Source: an uncultured bacterium (GTDB taxonomy: Bacteria; Krumholzibacteriota; Krumholzibacteriia; LZORAL124-64-63). Taken from it: 64,000 nt of DNA. This document shows positions 28,813 through 38,479 of this stretch, piece by piece (the stretch's first letter is position 1; each line of letters begins with the position of its first letter). Under the pieces are notes generated by a model. It saw only the letters and a list, made by a program, of their open reading frames with translations, was not told where the DNA came from and did not search any database. Made by a program: the position numbers and the translations under genes. Location: assembly GCA_963732385.1 (NCBI GenBank), contig CAVSZB010000004.1, positions 96,001 to 160,000 on the forward strand, in the 5' to 3' direction.

Positions 28813-30170
28813 GTGGCAAACGACCGCCCACGCAAGCACCGCTGGCTGTTCCACCTCTTCTACGGCCTGACCGTTGTCGCCGCTGTCTGTCTGATCGCCA
28901 TGCTGCTGCGCGACGGGCTGCCCCACGACCTGCGCTGGTTGGATGTGGGTGTTTTCTTCGGCTTCCTGCTGCTGACCGACACTAAACTGGCCGAACTGCA
29001 GGTGGGTGGCGGTCGTCTGCTCTCCTCGAAGTCCGATCAGCATGTGCATCATCGCTTTGTTCGGCCCTGCGATCACGGCAGTAATCGAGGCGCTCTCGTC
29101 ACTCACGCGCGGTTTTGTTCTGCACCGCATGCCGCCGCAGAAGACGATCTTCAATGCGGCCATGCTGTCGCTGTCCGCTGGAGCGGCAGGTTTGATCTAC
29201 CACGTGCTGCCTTGGCACGATCGTTTCGATGGGCCGCTCTATCTCTTCCCTTTGCTGGTGGCGATCCTTGTCTATTCGGTCTGCAACCAGATTCTTCTGA
29301 CCGTGGTGCTTGCCTTTCGACCAGAAGTTGCCGGCACGGGAGATCTATCGCCAGAACTTCGGTTGGTCGCATTTGCGGGTTCCGGTGGATGCACCGTTCG
29401 CGGCCATCGTTATCCTGCTCTACCTGCAGGCTGGCGTGTGGACGCTGCTGCTATACCTGTTCCCGGTGCTCGTACTCTTCCAGGCCAATCGAGTTACTCA
29501 GGAGATGAAACGCGCCCACGTCCACTCGATTGCTGCCCTTACGACCGCGCTCGAGGAGAAGGAGAACGACCGCTACACGCGGGGGCACAGCTATCGGGTG
29601 TCGATGTATGCGCTGCGCATCGGTCGCGCGCTGGGTCTCTCGCCGCGGCGGCTGGAGATGCTCGAGTATGGCGGGTTGCTGCACGACATCGGGAAGCTTG
29701 CCATCACGAACGACATCCTGCTCAAGCCGGGCAAGCTCACGGCGGACGAGCGGGCCGAGCAGGCCCGCCACCCCGAGATCGGTGACGACATCGTCCGGCA
29801 GATCAAGTTCCTGCACGAGGTGGCCGACATGGTGCGGCACCATCACGAACGTCCCGACGGCAAGGGCTATCCCGACGGTCTGAGCACCGATGCGCTCACG
29901 CTCGAGGCGCGCATCCTGGGGGTCTGCGACGCATTCGACGCCATGACGACCGACCGGCCGTATCGGCCGGCCCGCAGTCTCGAGTTCGCCATGGAGGAGC
30001 TGGTCCGCTGGCGCGGCACGCAGTTCGACGTGCGGGTCGTCGACGCCGTGCTCGAACTGTACCGACATGGGGAGTTCGGGGTCATCCGCGATACCGAGGG
30101 GATGCCGCTCGAGATCACCAGCACGCCAGGGCGCCGCCGGCTGGCGCTCCCCGAGAGCGTGCCGGTCTGA
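28813..30170 (+). pseudogene. Membrane-anchored HD-GYP phosphodiesterase, interrupted by two +1 frameshifts (~29033, ~29316); sequencing error or pseudogene
   Basis: Three consecutive frames give a continuous multi-TM domain followed by YTRGHS...LLHDIGK...HHERPDGKGYPDGL...DAFDAMTTDRPYR. Confidence 0.8.
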
Positions 30171-30186
30171 TAATCTGGAGAGAAAC

Positions 30187-31194
30187 GTGCGTTACAGCGA
30201 CAGCGGCGTGAATATCGATGCCGCCCAGCGCGGCCTCGCGCGCGCGAAATTGGCGATCCGCTCCACCTGGGATGCGCGGGTGCGCAGCGACCTCGGCGCG
30301 TTCGGCGGCTTGTACCGGACGGCGCCGGGCGAGCCGCTGCTGGTGGCGAGCATCGACGGTGTCGGCACCAAGGTCAAGGTGGCCGCTCTCGCCGGTCGCC
30401 ACGACACCGTTGGACAGGACCTGGTCAACCACTGCGTCAACGATATCCTGGTGCAGGGGGCCGAGCCGCTCTTCTTCCTCGATTACTTCGCCGCGGGGCG
30501 GCTCGATGAAGGGGTGCTCGAGGCGGTGCTCGACGGAGTGGCCCGTGCCTGCCGGGAAAACGGCTGCGCCCTGCTCGGCGGCGAAACGGCGGAAATGCCG
30601 GGGGTGTACGCGGTGGGCGAGTTCGATCTCGCCGGCTGCATCGTCGGGCGCGTGGCCGAGGCCGATCTGATCGACGGCTCGGCGATCCGGGCGGGCGATC
30701 GCCTGTGGGGCCTGCCGAGCAGCGGTCTGCACACCAACGGCTACTCGCTGGCCCGGCAAATCCTGCTTGCCGAGGACGGCGCCGGTTTGCACGCGACGCT
30801 GCCGGAGCTCGGCGGCACCGTGGCCGAGGCGCTGCTGGCGGTGCACCGCAGCTACCTGCCCCAGGCGAGGGCGCTCTGGGCGGCGCTGGGACGGGGCGCC
30901 CTGCACGGTCTGGCGCACATCACCGGGGGTGGTTTTTTCGACAACGTGCCCCGCGTGGTTCCGGAGGGGCTGACCGCCCGCATCGACACCCGGGCCTGGC
31001 AGCCGCCGGCGCTGTTCCGGCTGCTGCAGACGCGCGGCGCGGTCGAGCCGGCCGAAATGTACCGTGTCTTCAATATGGGCGTAGGCATGGTGCTGTTCCT
31101 CGATCCCGCTGCCGACCCCGCCGCCGCCGGCGTGGAGGCCTGGCCGATCGGAGAGGTCGTGGCGGGACCGGGCAAGGTCGATGTTCTTTTTTGA
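30187..31194 (+). CDS. purM: Phosphoribosylformylglycinamidine cyclo-ligase
   Basis: YSDSGVNI, DGVGTK, GGETAEMPG, SSGLHTNGYSL, HITGGG, VFNMG. Confidence 0.96.
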   Translation: MRYSDSGVNIDAAQRGLARAKLAIRSTWDARVRSDLGAFGGLYRTAPGEPLLVASIDGVGTKVKVAALAGRHDTVGQDLVNHCVNDILVQGAEPLFFLDYFAAGRLDEGVLEAVLDGVARACRENGCALLGGETAEMPGVYAVGEFDLAGCIVGRVAEADLIDGSAIRAGDRLWGLPSSGLHTNGYSLARQILLAEDGAGLHATLPELGGTVAEALLAVHRSYLPQARALWAALGRGALHGLAHITGGGFFDNVPRVVPEGLTARIDTRAWQPPALFRLLQTRGAVEPAEMYRVFNMGVGMVLFLDPAADPAAAGVEAWPIGEVVAGPGKVDVLF

Positions 31195-31506
31195 TCTGTA
31201 GCGTGGCGTCCTGCCGCGGACCTGCGTCATCTTCCGGATACACCGCGTCAACCCGTTCCCATGTTTGATGATCCCCTCAAGCTGCGTTCAGCCGCCTCCG
31301 GTGGATGACGGCTGGCGGGGACGGTGCGTCGATCCTGGCCACTCTTCGGCCAGGTTTGTCTGTCGTCTGCCGGGCCGGGTGGTCGTCGGAGGGGCGTTTT
31401 CCACTTGGCTGTGGACAAGCGTGACGCGCGGTTCGGTTCCTGCTGCATCGGCTCCGTGTCCAGGTTGCGGGGCGAGACGGGGAGGCACCGGTCGAAGGGA
31501 TCCGGC

Positions 31507-33270
31507 ATGGCGTGGGCCTTCTGGGCGGAGGAAATCCGCGGTTTTCCGCTGCTCGGGCTGGGGGCCGGCTCCGCGCTCTGGGTGGTGAGGCGCGACGGGG
31601 AGGGGGAGCGTACCGGGCTGCGCCTGCTGTACGCGCACGCCTGGCCCCACCCGCCGGTCGGCTGGACGCCCGGCCCGGGCCGGGGAGCGGGCGTGGTGGA
31701 CGCTCCGGTGGCCATTCCGCCGCCCCCCCTGCAACCGCTGTGGCGGGCGGTACAGGAGGGGATCGGCGCGGAACGGCCGTGGCGCAGCGCCGGCGAGGCG
31801 CCGGTCGGGGGACGACGCCTGCCGGGGCGCGTCGGCCGGCCGGTCCTCTGGACCGAACCGTTGCGCCGGGGGACGGAGGTGACAGGGGCCTTCGCTCTGG
31901 GGTTCGATGCCACACCTCCGTGGGATGAGGCGGTGCGGCTGTGGGGGGCGCGCTTTGCCGCGCGCGTCGCCCCCCTGCTCGACTGCCTGCCGCCCTGGCC
32001 GGCCACGGCGCGCCTGGCCGTCACTGGGGCGGAGGCGCAACTGACCCTTTTCCCGCTGCCGTCGCCGGGGGGGGCGGCCGCCCTGCCGCGGCGGTCCCGC
32101 GCCAGCGCCGGCGGTCTGCCCCTGCCGCGCCCGGTCCCGGTGCCAGGAGTTCCGGGGGCGGTCGGGGTCTCGGCCGAATTCCTGGCCTGCTGCGACACGG
32201 CGCTCGCCGTGGCGGCGGCCGACGTGAACGTCCTCATGTATGGCGAGAGCGGGACCGGCAAGGAGATCCTGGCGCGGGCCGTCCATCTGGCGAGCTCGCG
32301 CCGGGACCGGGCCTTCCTGGGGGAGAACTGCGCCGCCCTGCCCGAGGGTCTGCTCGAGAGCGAGCTGTTCGGACACCGGGCCGGCGCGTTCACGGGGGCC
32401 GCGCAGGAAAAGGCCGGCCTGCTCGAAGCCGCCAGCGGGGGCACCTTCTTCCTGGACGAGATCGGCGACATGCCTCTGGCGCTGCAGATCAAACTGCTGA
32501 GGGTGATGCAGGAGCAGCAGGTGCGGCGGATCGGGGAGCTGGAAAGCCGTCCGGTGAACCTGCGCTGGATCGCGGCCACGCACAAGGATCTCAACGCGGA
32601 GATCGCCGTCGGGCGCTTCCGGCTCGACCTGTTCTACCGCCTGCACGTCGTCCGCATCACCATTCCGCCGCTGCGGCTCCGGCCCGAGGACGTGCCGCAC
32701 CTGCTGGCGTACTTCCTGCGGCGCCACGGAGGCGAGTCGGCGGGCCGGCGCATCCAGGAGACGGCGCTGGCCGCGCTTCAGGCGCACAGCTGGCCCGGCA
32801 ACGCGCGCGAGTTGGAAAACGAGGCGCGGCGCCTGCTTGCGCTGCACGGCGAGGCGCCGGTCATCCGCGTCGAGCATCTCTCGCCGGAGGTGCGTGGTGC
32901 GGCGATCCGGCAGGTCAGCGGGGACGATCTGGGACTGCTGCGCCCGCTCAGCGAGGCTGCGGTGTTGCTCGAACGTCATCTCATCCGCAAGGCGGTGGAG
33001 GCGTGCGCGGGGCGCAAGGCCGCCGCGGCGCGGCGGCTTGGCCTGTCGCGGCAGGGGCTGTACCGCAAGATCCGCCGGTACGGTCTGTTTGACCTGCTGC
33101 CGGGCGCGGTGGGGGAGGCGGCGGGGATGGCGAACAGGGCGCTGGCCGACGCTGACGGCGATGCGGACGGGGAGCCGGCGGCCGCCATCGCCGCCGCCGG
33201 CTTCAGCCCTGATGGATCGGCTACTCGAACAGCACCATTGTCTTTGTCGAAGTCTGTCCGGTCGCCGTGA
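31507..33270 (+). CDS. Sigma54-dependent enhancer-binding protein (AAA+, Fis-type HTH); start uncertain
   Basis: [63 protein letters not shown]. Confidence 0.9.
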   Translation: MAWAFWAEEIRGFPLLGLGAGSALWVVRRDGEGERTGLRLLYAHAWPHPPVGWTPGPGRGAGVVDAPVAIPPPPLQPLWRAVQEGIGAERPWRSAGEAPVGGRRLPGRVGRPVLWTEPLRRGTEVTGAFALGFDATPPWDEAVRLWGARFAARVAPLLDCLPPWPATARLAVTGAEAQLTLFPLPSPGGAAALPRRSRASAGGLPLPRPVPVPGVPGAVGVSAEFLACCDTALAVAAADVNVLMYGESGTGKEILARAVHLASSRRDRAFLGENCAALPEGLLESELFGHRAGAFTGAAQEKAGLLEAASGGTFFLDEIGDMPLALQIKLLRVMQEQQVRRIGELESRPVNLRWIAATHKDLNAEIAVGRFRLDLFYRLHVVRITIPPLRLRPEDVPHLLAYFLRRHGGESAGRRIQETALAALQAHSWPGNARELENEARRLLALHGEAPVIRVEHLSPEVRGAAIRQVSGDDLGLLRPLSEAAVLLERHLIRKAVEACAGRKAAAARRLGLSRQGLYRKIRRYGLFDLLPGAVGEAAGMANRALADADGDADGEPAAAIAAAGFSPDGSATRTAPLSLSKSVRSP

Positions 33271-34936
33271 GACGGTAGAAGTAGACGCCGGCAGCCACGC
33301 GACGGCCGCCTTCATCGGCGCCGTTCCAGGTGACGAAGTGCTCGCCGGCGGCGTGCTCTCCGCGCGCGAGGCGGCGCACCAGGCGCCCCGCCAGATCGTA
33401 CACCGTCAAGTCGGCTGGTCCCGCGACCGGCAGCGAGAAGCGGATGGTCGTGGCGCCGCCGAACGGGTTGGGGGAGTTCAGGCCGAGCGTGGCGGTCATG
33501 ACGCCGGACCGCGGATCGGGCTGAGCCGCGGTCACGTGCGCGAACCAGCCGATATCCTCGAACAGTTCGCGCGCCAGGTCGACATCCTGCGTCAGGTCGA
33601 GGTTGATGGCCGGTTCCATGAGCAGGTTCGGCGTGGCCGAGACATCCCAGTGCGAGATCGAGGAGCCCGCTACGAAGGGATTCGGCGCGTACATCAGGGG
33701 GTGTCCCTGATCGTCGCCGCCGGAGAGCCGGACGGGGTCGAGGGCAATCCTGACCTGTACTCCTGACGCGAGCTGGGCCCGGATCAGGTTGCCGTCCGCC
33801 TGGGTCAAGCTGACGACCGGGATGACGATCGTGGGATCGCTCCCGCCCATGCCGGGCGGCGTGGATGAGATCGCGTTGTCGACGATGATCACGCCGATGG
33901 CGCCGGCGTTCTGGGCGATGAGCACCTTGCTCGTGTAGGTGCAGGTCCCGCGGTCGATCAGCGCGATGTTGCCGGCCATGGCCGCGCCGTTGACAAGCGC
34001 CGTGCAGGCATCGCTGGTGGTGCCGACGCCGTCGTTCGCCTGCACGACCAGACCCGCCACGCCGGGGTCGTTCAGCGGTGCGCCAAAGGCGGCCGTGCCG
34101 GCCAGATAGTCGCCGGCGATCGCGGCGGGGCTGTCCACGAACAGCGTCGGTCGCGGTGAAAGCGTGCCGCGAGCCCGCTGGTGCACGGCCGGGCCGTCCC
34201 ACACCAGATTGCCGGTGTTGATGGCGGAGGCTGCGCGCTCGACGGCGCTCATCTGGTTCCAGTGCAGACCGGTCGTTTTGTCGAGCAGGTACTGATCGAA
34301 GACGGAGGGGAAGCTGCCCAGGTAGCCTCCGGTCGATCCGTTCGTGGTCGTGCTGAAGCCAAGGCCGTGCCCCAACTCGTGCAGAACGACCGCCAGCAGG
34401 TCAATGAGCACCCCTTCGTTGCCGTCGAACCCGTAGTACCAGCCGCTGCCGCTGAGGCAGGTCGGCTGGCCCAGGTTGGCGTTGAAGCGCGCGGTGATGT
34501 CGTAGCCGGCCGGATCCATGTCGTAGCCGGCCCGCTGGTTGCCGAGCGCCACGTGGTACCAGGCGCCGGGAAACTCCGCCCCGGTGAAGTCGCGGAACAC
34601 CGATATCGGCCCGGCGCTGCCCAGGACCGCGCTGGTGGCGGTGCAGGTGAGGGGATCGAAGGCGGCCTGCACGAGGATTGGCACGTGGCCCGGCAGGATG
34701 GCGCCCCAGATGTTGGCCGCGGTCTGGAAGACGTTGAGGCGCTGCTGGCCGATGGTGACGCCGGGGTTGCCGCCGACGGGGGCTGCCGGCGTGGGGTCGT
34801 TGAACCCCTCCCCGGCCCCGTCGATGTTGATGATCGTGATCGTGACGGCGAACGCGGCCGAGGCCGTCAGGGCGAGTCCGAAGGCCAAAGCAACGGCCAG
34901 CGTTCGTCGGCTGGAAGCGCGATGGAGAGCATGCAT
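33221..34936 (-). CDS. Secreted zinc metalloprotease with PA domain and FlgD-Ig-like C-terminus
   Basis: Signal peptide; HELGHGLGF zincin motif; [10 protein letters not shown]...AQNAGA PA domain; SSISHWD; NSPNPF...[10 protein letters not shown]. Confidence 0.85.
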   Translation of the reverse strand: MHALHRASSRRTLAVALAFGLALTASAAFAVTITIINIDGAGEGFNDPTPAAPVGGNPGVTIGQQRLNVFQTAANIWGAILPGHVPILVQAAFDPLTCTATSAVLGSAGPISVFRDFTGAEFPGAWYHVALGNQRAGYDMDPAGYDITARFNANLGQPTCLSGSGWYYGFDGNEGVLIDLLAVVLHELGHGLGFSTTTNGSTGGYLGSFPSVFDQYLLDKTTGLHWNQMSAVERAASAINTGNLVWDGPAVHQRARGTLSPRPTLFVDSPAAIAGDYLAGTAAFGAPLNDPGVAGLVVQANDGVGTTSDACTALVNGAAMAGNIALIDRGTCTYTSKVLIAQNAGAIGVIIVDNAISSTPPGMGGSDPTIVIPVVSLTQADGNLIRAQLASGVQVRIALDPVRLSGGDDQGHPLMYAPNPFVAGSSISHWDVSATPNLLMEPAINLDLTQDVDLARELFEDIGWFAHVTAAQPDPRSGVMTATLGLNSPNPFGGATTIRFSLPVAGPADLTVYDLAGRLVRRLARGEHAAGEHFVTWNGADEGGRRVAAGVYFYRLTATGQTSTKTMVLFE

Positions 34937-34939
34937 GGC

Positions 34940-35416
34940 CTACTGCTCCTCCGGTTCGGGGGAGAGGGCCGGGGCGGCGGCGCCGTCCGCAACGATACGG
35001 GCGGCGGCGTCCGCCTCGTGCACGCAAGTGAGGTTCAGTTTCCCGTGCGCGTCACGGGTCGCCAGCAGGTAGTCCATGAGCAGCCCGTCGAGGCGGATCA
35101 TGATGCCGCCTCCCGGCATCTCTTCCTCGAAGAGAGGCTGATCCGAGAGCAGGGCGGCGCCGAACTCCTCGAGCATCAGTTCGTGGCGCTGCGCGAGCGT
35201 GGGCACGGTGAGCGCGCCCGTTTCCGGATCGCGCGCCACGATCATGCCGCCGCCCGCAGACGGCGGCGCGGGGATCGACGCTGGGACGACGACCGGCGCC
35301 GGCGCGGTCTCGGGAGGTTCTCCGGCCGTCGCCGGGAGTGGGCTGACCAGGATGCCGGTCACTAGCAGAAGCGGCAGCAGGCCCCACAAGAGCCGATTGC
35401 TGGCGTATTGCATCAC
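34940..35416 (-). CDS. Small secreted DPETG-motif protein
   Basis: Signal peptide, Pro-rich linker, ARDPETGALT motif; GGAGG SD; 3 nt upstream of the protease gene. Confidence 0.7.
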   Translation of the reverse strand: MMQYASNRLLWGLLPLLLVTGILVSPLPATAGEPPETAPAPVVVPASIPAPPSAGGGMIVARDPETGALTVPTLAQRHELMLEEFGAALLSDQPLFEEEMPGGGIMIRLDGLLMDYLLATRDAHGKLNLTCVHEADAAARIVADGAAAPALSPEPEEQ

Positions 35417-35649
35417 AGGTGTCCTCCAGATGTCTGATGGCGCCGTCGCCCGCTACGGGGACTGCCGGCCGGCACATCTATTATAGAGAATATGCTGTCG
35501 TTTGGCCTGGCAAATCTGCGACCACCCCGCCGGCAGGTGGCGAAGCCCCTGAAAGCCGGCCGGATCCGGAGCCATGCGACGGCGTCGGCGGGGGGAAATC
35601 CGCGAGCGCCCGCTCGACAGCGCCTGGCGTGCACGCTATTTTCCTGCAC

Positions 35650-37272
35650 ATGACAGCCCGCCTTCGCCTTTTTTTCGGTGGCATCCTCACGCATGCCAGG
35701 CCTGACGCGGTGGATGGGTGTGCCATCGTGGCCGGCCTGATGGCTACCACGGCGATGCCTCCCTTCACCGCTACCGGCTGGCTGATCGTGCCGGCGCTGA
35801 CGCTGCTGTTCGGGCTGCTCGCGGACGCGCGGAGCCCGGCGCGCGTTGCCGGCTGGTTCGGTCTCGCCCACCAGGCGAGCCTCCTGCACTGGATCTATCT
35901 GCTCGGACCGGAGGCGACGATCTCATCGCGCGGCCTCGTGCCGGTCATGGCGACGCTGGCGGTGTTATACGCGGCGCTGGCCGCCCTCGGGTTCGGCTGG
36001 GCGTTCGCTTTGGCGCGGCGATTCTGCGGACGGGAGGTGGCGCTGATCCTGCTGCCGCTGCTCTGGACCGGCATGGAGGCGGCGCGCGGCGTGGGCGAGC
36101 TTGGGTTCCCGTGGTGTCTGAGTGGCGCCGCCTGGATCGGCACGCCGCTGTTGCCTCTGGCGGCCACCGCCGGGGAGCTGGGGCTTGGCGCGGCGACGGC
36201 GTTGACGGCGCTGGCGTTCGTGGCGGCGCGGGATCTGACGCGGGGGCTGGCGGCGGCGGGAGGGCCGCGGGCCTGGCGCCGCGCGGCGATCGCTTTGGCC
36301 GCCGCCGCCTGGGTTGGGCTGGGGCTCGGCGCGGGGGTGACCGCCCGGACGCCATCCGCCGGCGGGACCACCTCCCGTGAGCCGCTGCGCGTGGCCGTGA
36401 TCCAGGCCAATGTCGCGCTGGCCGACAAGTGGGACGCAGCGAAAATCGATTCCACTATCGTCCCCTATTCGCGGTTGACGGCGCGCGCGGCGCGCGAGGG
36501 GGCGCAACTCGTGGTCTGGGCCGAGACCGCGGTGCCGGACTACCTGATCCATATCCCGTCCCTGTTGACGTGGGTCCGCCACACGGCGCAGGACAACCAC
36601 GTCGCCATCTTCCTCGGCTATCCCCACGCCACGCTCGCCGCAGGCGGCGGGGAGCCGCTGCGCTTCAACGGCGCCGGGCTGTTCCGAGCCGACGGTCGTC
36701 TGGAGGACTTCTACGCCAAGTCCCATCTGCTGCCGTTCGGCGAGAAGATGCCGTTCTCGGCCCTCGTGCCGGCGATTTCGCGGGTCGATTTCGGACAGGC
36801 CGAGTGGACACAAGGCGCCCTGCCGACCCCGATGACCCTCAGGACCCCGGGCGGGGACTATCGGCTGTCCGGTCTGATCTGCTTCGAGTCGATCTTTCCG
36901 GGGCTGTCACGGGTGGCGGTGCGTCGGGGGGCGGAGCTGCTCGTGAACATCACCAACGACGGCTGGTTCGGCGTGACGGCCGGTCCGCGGCAGCATGCCG
37001 AAATGGCCCGTCTGCGCGCCGCGGAGTGCGGCGTGCCGCTGGTGCGCTGCGCCAACAACGGCATCAGCTTCGTGACCGACGCGCGGGGGCGGATCCTGGC
37101 GCGCGCCGGCCTGCGGCAGCGCGCAATCGTTGCGGCCGATGTCATGCCCGGCCCGGGCGGCACCCTCTTCGCGCGCTGGGGATCGCGGCCGGTGTGGGCC
37201 GTGCTTATCCTCTGGAGCGCCCTGGCGACGTTGTTGACCCGGACCCGCACCCGGAACCGGAGCGCCCCGTGA
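35650..37272 (+). CDS. lnt: Apolipoprotein N-acyltransferase
   Basis: GFPW, IQANV, VWAETA, K.HLLPFGE, ICFESIF, NITNDGWFG, RCANNGIS; start approximate. Confidence 0.92.
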   Translation: MTARLRLFFGGILTHARPDAVDGCAIVAGLMATTAMPPFTATGWLIVPALTLLFGLLADARSPARVAGWFGLAHQASLLHWIYLLGPEATISSRGLVPVMATLAVLYAALAALGFGWAFALARRFCGREVALILLPLLWTGMEAARGVGELGFPWCLSGAAWIGTPLLPLAATAGELGLGAATALTALAFVAARDLTRGLAAAGGPRAWRRAAIALAAAAWVGLGLGAGVTARTPSAGGTTSREPLRVAVIQANVALADKWDAAKIDSTIVPYSRLTARAAREGAQLVVWAETAVPDYLIHIPSLLTWVRHTAQDNHVAIFLGYPHATLAAGGGEPLRFNGAGLFRADGRLEDFYAKSHLLPFGEKMPFSALVPAISRVDFGQAEWTQGALPTPMTLRTPGGDYRLSGLICFESIFPGLSRVAVRRGAELLVNITNDGWFGVTAGPRQHAEMARLRAAECGVPLVRCANNGISFVTDARGRILARAGLRQRAIVAADVMPGPGGTLFARWGSRPVWAVLILWSALATLLTRTRTRNRSAP

Positions 37273-37805
37273 ATCTGCTCGACCCCCTGCGCCACGCGCA
37301 CAAATTCTGTCCCCGCTGCGCCGCCGCCATGACCTGCCGGAGCGACAACGGTCTGGTGCGTCCCAGCTGTCCGGAATGCGGCTACATCCAGTACCTCAAC
37401 CCGGCGCCGGCGGCGGCCGCGATCCTGCTGCGCGCGGGGAAGCTCTGCCTCGTGCAGCGGAAGTTTCCGCCGAAGGTGGGCCTCTGGACCCTGCCGGCCG
37501 GCTTCCAGGAGTACGACGAGGAGATCGGCGACTGCGCCGTGCGCGAGGTGCGCGAGGAGACCGGACTCGAGGTCGAGCTCGACGGGCTGTTCGCCGTGCA
37601 CACCGGCGTGCTGCCACCCGATCGTCCGGTGCTGCTGGTGGTTTATCGCGCGCGGGAAACGGGTGGGGTGCTGCAGGCCGGTGACGACGCCGCGGCCGTC
37701 GGCTTTTTCGATTTCGACGCACTGCCGGGCGAGATCGCCTTCGCGGCGCATCGCAAGGTGCTGGCCGCCCTGCGCGCCGAACGCGACCGCGGAGGGCGGA
37801 CATGA
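37269..37805 (+). CDS. NUDIX hydrolase with N-terminal zinc ribbon
   Basis: FCPRC...CPECG, Nudix box GFQEYDE...AVREVREETG. Confidence 0.88.
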   Translation: MNLLDPLRHAHKFCPRCAAAMTCRSDNGLVRPSCPECGYIQYLNPAPAAAAILLRAGKLCLVQRKFPPKVGLWTLPAGFQEYDEEIGDCAVREVREETGLEVELDGLFAVHTGVLPPDRPVLLVVYRARETGGVLQAGDDAAAVGFFDFDALPGEIAFAAHRKVLAALRAERDRGGRT

Positions 37806-38416
37806 ACGGAGCCGGCGGCGCCGTCGCGGTTGCCGTCCTGCTGTCCGGCAGCGGGCGCACGCTCGAGAATTTCCTGCGCCGCATCGCCGCCGGCACGTTG
37901 CCGATCCGTATCGTGGCGGTGGTGGCGAGTCGTCCCGACGCACGCGGGGTGGAGATCGCGGGTGCGGCCGGGCTGCCGGTCGCGGTCTTCCGGCGGCGGG
38001 ATCATGCCGACCCGTCGGCCCACAGCGACGCCATCAACCGGTGGCTCTTGCCGCACGCGCCGCGGATGATCCTGCTGGCCGGCTACCTCTGCCCATATTT
38101 CGCGCCCTCGGGATTCCCCGGTCCGGTGCTCAACATCCACCCCGCGCTGTTGCCGAAGTTCGGCGGCCGGGGCATGTACGGCGACCGGGTGCACGCCGCC
38201 GTCCTGGCCGCCGGAGAGACCGAGAGCGGCTGCACGGTGCACCGGGTGGACGACCAGTACGATCACGGGGAGATTCTCGCCCGGCGTCGCGTGCCGGTCC
38301 TGCCGGGCGATGACGCGCACGCTCTCGCAGCCCGAGTCTTTGCCGCCGAGAGCGAGCTCTACCCGGAAGTCGTGGCGCGGCTGGCTCGGGAAATACAGGG
38401 CGATCCAAGACGCTGA
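37802..38416 (+). CDS. purN: Phosphoribosylglycinamide formyltransferase
   Basis: LSGSGRTL, LAGY, NIHPALLP, SGCTVH.V...YDHG. Confidence 0.92.
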   Translation: MNGAGGAVAVAVLLSGSGRTLENFLRRIAAGTLPIRIVAVVASRPDARGVEIAGAAGLPVAVFRRRDHADPSAHSDAINRWLLPHAPRMILLAGYLCPYFAPSGFPGPVLNIHPALLPKFGGRGMYGDRVHAAVLAAGETESGCTVHRVDDQYDHGEILARRRVPVLPGDDAHALAARVFAAESELYPEVVARLAREIQGDPRR

Positions 38417-38479
38417 CGCTGACGCCGCCCCGGCGCGTTGCAGAGGGCCGGCCGGGCGATGCGGCGCCCCTCCCGTCCG

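Noticed and set aside
31410..31418. DnaA-box-like TGTGGACAA (and TGTGGATAG near 43809)
   Set aside because: Isolated single matches with no cluster or AT-rich unwinding element, so not an origin.
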